This document shows positions 36,519-42,437 of a DNA stretch of 42,437 bases, one piece after another. A program made the translations under genes and the position numbers. Origin of the DNA: Thermoplasmata archaeon (lineage in GTDB: Archaea; Thermoplasmatota; Thermoplasmata; RBG-16-68-12); NCBI GenBank assembly GCA_035637195.1, contig DASPXQ010000088.1, positions 1 through 42,437 of the forward strand. The letters run 5' to 3'. The notes under the pieces are model-generated. The model saw nothing but the letters and a program-made list of their open reading frames with translations, was not told the DNA's origin and did no database searches. Numbering within the stretch: the first letter of the stretch is position 1; each line of letters starts with the position of its first letter.

Positions 36519-36860
36519 CTAGGCCTCGTCCGGACCGAAGTGCAAGAGCGACGCGACGCCAAACAGACAGGCGCTCACGACAGCCGCGAGGAAGTTCGTG
36601 GCCGCACCGTCGGCCGTGCCGAAGGCGAGGTATCCGACCGCCGAATTGGTGAACGACGCGGCGCTGAACAGTCCGCTCGACAGCCAGAGGAACTTTCGCA
36701 GGCGCGCATTGAACGTGAGCGGCGGCTGCTCGACGTCGTGCGCCGGAGGAGAGGAGAACTTATGAAGCCACCCGAGGAGCGAGCGAATGCGGACGAGGAC
36801 CGCCGCATCGGAGGGACGCAAGACGTCGGCGGCGGGCGGGGACTCCGTGGTCGTCGCCAC
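36519..36860 (-). CDS. Hypothetical small membrane protein (2 TM helices)
   Basis: 113 aa with FLWLSSGLFSAASFTNSAVGYLAF and ATNFLAAVVSACLFGVASLLHF. First gene of a three-gene overlapping minus-strand unit. Confidence 0.5.
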   Translation of the reverse strand: MATTTESPPAADVLRPSDAAVLVRIRSLLGWLHKFSSPPAHDVEQPPLTFNARLRKFLWLSSGLFSAASFTNSAVGYLAFGTADGAATNFLAAVVSACLFGVASLLHFGPDEA

Positions 36861-37038
36861 GGACCGGACCGACGGGGGCCGGGGGCCATGTACGTGCCGA
36901 GGCGGTTATCGCCGTTGAATATCACGCCTCGCCCGCGGAGAGCCCTGGATTGGGGAGCGGAGCCAGAAAGTCCCGCCGGCCAGAATCATCGATGACTCGC
37001 TCGGCGAGCGCGCCGCGAGCGATGACCGCCTCACGACG

Positions 37039-37069
37039 GAAAGAAAATGGGTGGCTTTCGCGGCCACCC
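37039..37069 (-). terminator. Hairpin (GGGTGGC-7nt-GCCACCC) followed by a T-rich tract downstream of the RHH gene
   Basis: Perfect 7-bp stem at 37049-37069. The minus strand continues ATTTTCTTTCC. Confidence 0.4.
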
Positions 37070-37145
37070 AGTTGGGGGGGAGGTAATCGTGACGAATCCC
37101 GACCGGACCCGCGACCCCTCCGGCGGCATCCCGTCCCTTCGTTCG

Positions 37146-37385
37146 CTATTTTTGCATGTACTCCCGCTTGAACGCCTCGGCCTCGGCCAAGGTTCGCTCC
37201 GCGTCCTGCATCTTCTTGAGCTTCTCAGTGACCAGCTCGACGCGGCCGTAGACGAAATCGCGGATCGCCGCGCGCACGGCCTCCGAACGGCTCGGGAAGT
37301 CGTCGACCTGCACGAGGAAGTCGAGCGCCTTCAGGTACCGCGCGGGCAGGCGCAGTGTGATCTTCTCCGTGTCCGCATCCCGCAT
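37146..37385 (-). CDS. Ribbon-helix-helix (CopG/Arc-type) DNA-binding protein
   Basis: EKITLRLPARYLKALDFLVQVDDFPSRSEAVRAAIRDFV shows the beta-strand, helix, helix RHH pattern. 79 aa. Confidence 0.75.
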   Translation of the reverse strand: MRDADTEKITLRLPARYLKALDFLVQVDDFPSRSEAVRAAIRDFVYGRVELVTEKLKKMQDAERTLAEAEAFKREYMQK

Positions 37386-37459
37386 CTCGATCGCCCGACC
37401 GCGTATGTCAAACCGACCTCGTTTGACTGACGCTTGTCGGGCGGCAATGTTTCCTCGCT

Positions 37460-37466
37460 ATATAAC
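37460..37466 (+). promoter_or_regulatory. TATA box (TATATAA) in the divergent region between the RHH gene and the aminotransferase gene
   Basis: The sequence cgctatataacga is visible. The position argues against the track start at 37469 and for the ATG at 37598. Confidence 0.4.
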
Positions 37467-37597
37467 GATTGCTGGCCCGGTCTCAGAGGAAGGAACTCCG
37501 GTTCGTGTGGAAGGTACACCCTCATCCGTCGTGTGGGCTCCCCGCCATCGCAAAGCAGCGAATCTCTTTATCGGTTGGACGGACCTCCGTCGCCGCG

Positions 37598-38728
37598 ATG
37601 GTCGCGCCGCCGACGCAGGCGTTCCTGCTTCCGGGACCGGTGAAGATGCATCCCCGGGTCATCGAGGCGATGGCGGTCCCCGCGATGAACCATCGCGGCC
37701 CGGAATTCAAGGAGGCCCTCGCCGAGATCCGGACGCTCACGCAGTACGCCTTCGGCACGCACGGCCCGGTGGCGGTCCTCTCCGGATCCGGGACGGCGGG
37801 ACTCGAGGCCGCCGTGTCCGGCCTCCTGCAGAAGGACGACCGCGTGCTGAACCTCGTGAACGGGAAGTTCAGTGAGCGGGTCCACGAGCTGTGCCAGGTC
37901 TTCGCGACGCCGACGGCCCTGACGTTCGACTGGGGCACGGCCCTCGATCCGGCCACGGTCGCCGCGGCCCTGGATTCGCGGCAGTATCGGGCTGTCACCT
38001 TGTGCTGGAACGAGACCTCCACCGGGCTCACCAATCCGATAGCAGAGATTGCGAAAGTCGTCAAACAGCAGGACGCGCTGTTCCTCGTCGACGGGATCAC
38101 GGCCGTCGGAGGGATTGAGAACCGCATGGAGGCGTGGGGCGTCGACGCCCTCGTCGTCGGGTCGCAGAAGTGCCTTGCGGCACCCGCCGGGCTCAGCGCG
38201 GTCGCGCTCTCGAACCGGGCGTACGAATCGCTTCACTCCGAGACCTCGTTCTACGTGAACCTGAAAGCGCACATCGACGCGCTGGCGAAGGAGGACACGC
38301 CGTTCACGCCCGCGGTGCCTCTGTTCCTCGCCTTCCGCGAGGCGTTGCGCCTCCTGAAGGAGGAGGGCCTCGAAGACCGCATCTCCCGGACGAGGACGCT
38401 CGCGGAGGCGGCCCGAAACGGGGTCGCTGCGCTTGGACTGGAACTCTTCCCCGACCGCCGGTTCGCGTCGAACACGGTGACCGCCATCCGCTATCCTCCC
38501 GGGATCGATGATTCGAAATTCCGGAAGATCCTCCGGGCGGACCACCGCACCATCGTCGCGGGAGGCCAAGCCCACCTCAAAGGGAAGATCTTCCGGATCG
38601 GTCACATGGGCATCTGCTCCATCGAGGACCTCCAGGAAGGGTTCCGGGCGATCGAGGCGACGCTCGCGGCGATGGGCCACCGCGTGAAGGCGGGAGCCGC
38701 CGTCGAAGCGATGTCGGGCCGCGTATGA
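37598..38728 (+). CDS. Class V pyridoxal-phosphate aminotransferase (serine-pyruvate/alanine-glyoxylate type)
   Basis: LLPGPVKMHPRVIEAM...NHRGPEF...SGSGTAGLEAA...VVGSQKCLAAPAGLS (PLP lysine context). Start placed at the internal ATG. Confidence 0.85.
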   Translation: MVAPPTQAFLLPGPVKMHPRVIEAMAVPAMNHRGPEFKEALAEIRTLTQYAFGTHGPVAVLSGSGTAGLEAAVSGLLQKDDRVLNLVNGKFSERVHELCQVFATPTALTFDWGTALDPATVAAALDSRQYRAVTLCWNETSTGLTNPIAEIAKVVKQQDALFLVDGITAVGGIENRMEAWGVDALVVGSQKCLAAPAGLSAVALSNRAYESLHSETSFYVNLKAHIDALAKEDTPFTPAVPLFLAFREALRLLKEEGLEDRISRTRTLAEAARNGVAALGLELFPDRRFASNTVTAIRYPPGIDDSKFRKILRADHRTIVAGGQAHLKGKIFRIGHMGICSIEDLQEGFRAIEATLAAMGHRVKAGAAVEAMSGRV

Positions 38729-38734
38729 GGCGTC

Positions 38735-39715
<981 letters not shown>

Positions 39716-39798
39716 TCAGCGCGGTAAGGGGACTCGGAGAAAAGGGTTTACGGGGCGTCGGTCGGATCGCAGGCCCCAGCTGTCGGTCCGTTTCGAGA

Positions 39799-40845
39799 TC
39801 AAGGGGTGGGCGGCCTCTTGCGGATCCGTTGCGCCGCAAGGACGATGACTGCCCCCGCCACCGCGCCACCGAGCACGCCGAGCCCGATCCAAGTCCACGG
39901 CGCCGCCGAACCCACACCCGGAACGGTGACGGAGAATCGCGTCGTGGTCGCGTGGCCGCCGGAGTCCGTGACGATGAGCGTGATGAGATACGTCCCGGGA
40001 GATGCGTAGGCATGGGTCGGGCTCGCCTCGGCGCTCGTCATCCCGTCTCCGAAGTCCCACCGGTACGTGTATGGAGGTGACCCGCCGGACACCGTCGACG
40101 AGAACTGGAGGGTGCCCGGTCCGACTGCGGCAACCGGCTCCACGATCGGCACGACGGACAGGTTCACGAGCGCCCGGGACACGTTGCCGTAGAGCGCGTT
40201 CGAGAGCGTGTCCTGATGAAAGTCGACGCCGCCGCTATCGGCTACGATGAGCCAAACCGTGAAGTTCCCGCTCGTGAGGTAGATGTGCACGGGGTTTGCA
40301 TCGGGACTCTGCGCGCCGTCGCCGAGGGTCCAGTGATATTCGTACGGCGGCGTCCCTCCGCTCACCTGACTCGAGAAGGCGACCGTCAGGGGCAGCGTGC
40401 CTTCCGTCGGTGTCGCCGAGATCGATGCCTCGACCGTCGGAGGCCGCGGTGGGGGCGGGTTCGTCACCGTGATCGGATACGATTGGTTGCCGGTGAGGCC
40501 TCCGGTGTCGCGGGCCTCGAGCAGGACCCAGTACGTTCCGGGCGAATCGAAGGTGTGCGTCGCGTTCTTCTCCGTGGACCAGGGCGTGTCCCACGTGCCG
40601 TCGCTCTCCCAGTCCCAATGGACTTCGAGGGCCGTCACCGGGTCCTCTTGGTCGAAGACTTTCGCCCAGAAACGGAAGAGCGTGGTGGTGTTTCCGCCCG
40701 CCGGGGAGTAGCTGTAATTGGCGTATGGGGCGTGTTCGCGAGCGGTCGAGGTGGCGCACTCGCCACCCCGGGATGCGAAACGGTCGACGACGGGAAACCC
40801 GTCGGTAGGGTCATCATCACGAGAATGCTGAAGGCGGCGAGCCAA
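39799..40845 (-). CDS. PKD-repeat surface protein with a C-terminal TM anchor; the N-terminal signal peptide sits in another frame (apparent frameshift)
   Basis: Three PKD-like repeats (for example PLTVAFSSQVSGGTPPYEYHWTLGDG and LQFSSTVSGGSPPYTYRWDFGDG). Anchor is WTWIGLGVLGGAVAGAVIVLAA followed by QRIRKR. A signal peptide MTRSRSLPGVWLAAFSILVMMTLP is encoded from 40874 in a different frame. Confidence 0.75.
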   Translation of the reverse strand: MARRLQHSRDDDPTDGFPVVDRFASRGGECATSTAREHAPYANYSYSPAGGNTTTLFRFWAKVFDQEDPVTALEVHWDWESDGTWDTPWSTEKNATHTFDSPGTYWVLLEARDTGGLTGNQSYPITVTNPPPPRPPTVEASISATPTEGTLPLTVAFSSQVSGGTPPYEYHWTLGDGAQSPDANPVHIYLTSGNFTVWLIVADSGGVDFHQDTLSNALYGNVSRALVNLSVVPIVEPVAAVGPGTLQFSSTVSGGSPPYTYRWDFGDGMTSAEASPTHAYASPGTYLITLIVTDSGGHATTTRFSVTVPGVGSAAPWTWIGLGVLGGAVAGAVIVLAAQRIRKRPPTP

Positions 40846-40942
40846 ACCCCGGGAAGCGAGCGACTCCGAGTCATGGTCCCCTCCTGGAGGACCTAGGACG
40901 GCCAGCCGGAAAGCCTTTTCGCGAGGACAACAACGAAATTGG

Positions 40943-41857
40943 ATGACCGCTTGTCTCGTGTCGATGGCAACCGGCGGTCGCGGTCCCCTGCTCTACGCGT
41001 ATCGCCCGATCCCCGCCAATCCGATGACGGTCGCGCTGATGCTCCTCGTCCTCGTGGTGACGTTCGTCCTCGGCCCGATCGCCGCCGGCCCGGAGGGCCT
41101 GTGGCCGCTGGGAGGATTCTGTTTCCTGCCCCTCGCCATCGTCCTCCTCGCGATGGCGGTCTTCAAGCCGAGCCCGACGTTTGTCTTCGAGAACGGAATC
41201 GAGATCTCCGTTCCCCTGTGGCGGCGGATCCTTGGCGAGCGACGATACTTCGCGTGGTCCGAGGTCCGCGACGTCTATCCGCGAAGCTACGAGGTCGCAG
41301 GGTCATTCCTCTCGCCTTTCGCATCGTCCGCGGGGACGCTCGTCCACACGGGAATCGGCATCGAGACGAAGGCAGGGCATCAACTCGTGATCCGGTTCAC
41401 GCCCGGCTCGATCCAAGCGTTCCGCGCGGACTCGCGGGGGTACGTCGAGGCGATGACTGCAATCCGCGACCGGTTCGCGCGTCACGGAGACCGCATGGTC
41501 ACGACCGCAAGCGCGCTCTCCGACGACGAGGTCCTGGCAATGCAGGCGCGCGCCCGCGAGCCGCTCGTATCGATCGTCGGCGTGTTCTTAGCGTTCTTCC
41601 TCCCGCCCGCCATTGTCGCGGCGGTCCTGCTAATCGCGAGCGCCGCTCGCGTCGCGTTGACGCCCGTCGTCTTGGCGGCATCAATCGTCGTGGCCCTTTT
41701 CCCCCCGGCCGCCTCGATGACCCGGACCCTCCGTCAGAGCGAGCGCCGGAACGACGTCCTCTCGGAGCTGGCGAAATATCAGGAACATCTCCGGGAGGCA
41801 GGAGCCCCCACTCACTCGGACGGAACCGTCCCGGAAGTTAACCCCAAACAGGGTTAA
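40943..41857 (+). CDS. Membrane protein with 2 TM helices, a PH-like domain and 2 further TM helices; distant paralog of the 7696-9571 array
   Basis: TM helices VALMLLVLVVTFVLGPIAA and FCFLPLAIVLLAMAVF, then KPSPTFVFENGIEISVPLWRRILGERRYFAWSEVRDVYP. Later come VGVFLAFFLPPAIVAAVLLIA and VVLAASIVVALFPPA. Confidence 0.65.
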   Translation: MTACLVSMATGGRGPLLYAYRPIPANPMTVALMLLVLVVTFVLGPIAAGPEGLWPLGGFCFLPLAIVLLAMAVFKPSPTFVFENGIEISVPLWRRILGERRYFAWSEVRDVYPRSYEVAGSFLSPFASSAGTLVHTGIGIETKAGHQLVIRFTPGSIQAFRADSRGYVEAMTAIRDRFARHGDRMVTTASALSDDEVLAMQARAREPLVSIVGVFLAFFLPPAIVAAVLLIASAARVALTPVVLAASIVVALFPPAASMTRTLRQSERRNDVLSELAKYQEHLREAGAPTHSDGTVPEVNPKQG

Positions 41858-41867
41858 CGCGCCTCGT

Positions 41868-42437
41868 TCACAGACCCGTCTGCTGGCGTCCCTCGGAAGC
41901 CGCGCGCTCCCCCGCCGTCACGAGCCGCACGCGGTGCGGATCCCGCACATCGTACTCACGGCCCCGCCACCGGACCGTGTCAGGATGCCGCGTCCGAACG
42001 AGTCCCCACGCCATGACCCAAGGGACCGCCAGGGCGGCAAGGGCCGACCGCCAGCCCGGGACGCTCCATGCGGCAACGATTTCCGGAGCAGCCGAGAACA
42101 GGGCGCCACGGCGAAGGGACGCCTTGGCAATGCCGGCCGGCAATGGCGAGAGGAACAAGATTGCGGGCACGAGATACGGCGGTCCCCACATGGCGGCGAG
42201 CACGAACGACACCGCGCCGAACGCGATTAATCCGAGGAAGACCGCGAATGCCGCGACGGCGAAGCGGCGAACGATCGGCAGGTACAGCGTCGCCATCGTG
42301 ATCTGCCGCTCGATCCATTCGAGGCACGTGGCGCGGGTCGCGCCCTCGAACGTGGCGACGAGGGCCGTCGGGACATAGGCGATCTGGAGGCCGGCCTCTC
42401 GCACCGCCTGCGTCAGCACGAGGTCGTCGCTCAGGAC
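41868..42437 (-). CDS. Family-2 glycosyltransferase (GT21/ceramide-glucosyltransferase-like), C-terminal part; N-terminus lies beyond the right window edge
   Basis: The frame is open to nt 42437 (VLSDDLVLTQAVREAGLQIAYVP...CLEWIERQITMATLY). Hydrophobic C-terminal helices follow. The family call is tentative. Confidence 0.55.
   Translation of the reverse strand, partial: VLSDDLVLTQAVREAGLQIAYVPTALVATFEGATRATCLEWIERQITMATLYLPIVRRFAVAAFAVFLGLIAFGAVSFVLAAMWGPPYLVPAILFLSPLPAGIAKASLRRGALFSAAPEIVAAWSVPGWRSALAALAVPWVMAWGLVRTRHPDTVRWRGREYDVRDPHRVRLVTAGERAASEGRQQTGL

Overview
High-GC (about 65% by eye) archaeal chromosomal window, probably a Thermoplasmatota-like euryarchaeon (lineage is inference). 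The core is an archaeal str-type translation cluster: rps12, rps7, aEF-2, EF-1alpha and rps10. The aEF-2 gene is interrupted by a 489-aa LAGLIDADG intein. Other housekeeping genes are kae1, fhs, tpiA, a class I FBPase, a LacD-type aldolase, a class V aminotransferase, an MFS transporter, two SAM methyltransferases, two metallophosphoesterases and tRNA-Ala(UGC). Two accessory loci stand out. (1) A 2354-aa secreted adhesin-like protein (discoidin, TSP3 and LamG modules) ends in a lower-GC C-terminal module of about 330 aa with 9-10 predicted TM helices. It is translationally coupled to a tandem array of three divergent small proteins, each with 2 TM helices plus a PH-like beta domain. This resembles a polymorphic toxin/immunity layout. 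(2) A membrane-anchored extracellular lamin-tail-domain plus double-HKD (PLD-family) protein overlaps by 161 nt a Cas4/RecB-like Fe-S nuclease that has four TM helices inserted into its catalytic core. This may be a membrane-associated DNA-processing or defence module. No rRNA, CRISPR array, transposase or integrase was found. Many long antisense or alternative-frame ORFs in the track are high-GC artefacts. Start codons are often GTG or TTG, and several track ORFs are N-terminally over-extended. All domain calls come from motif recognition by eye, not from searches.
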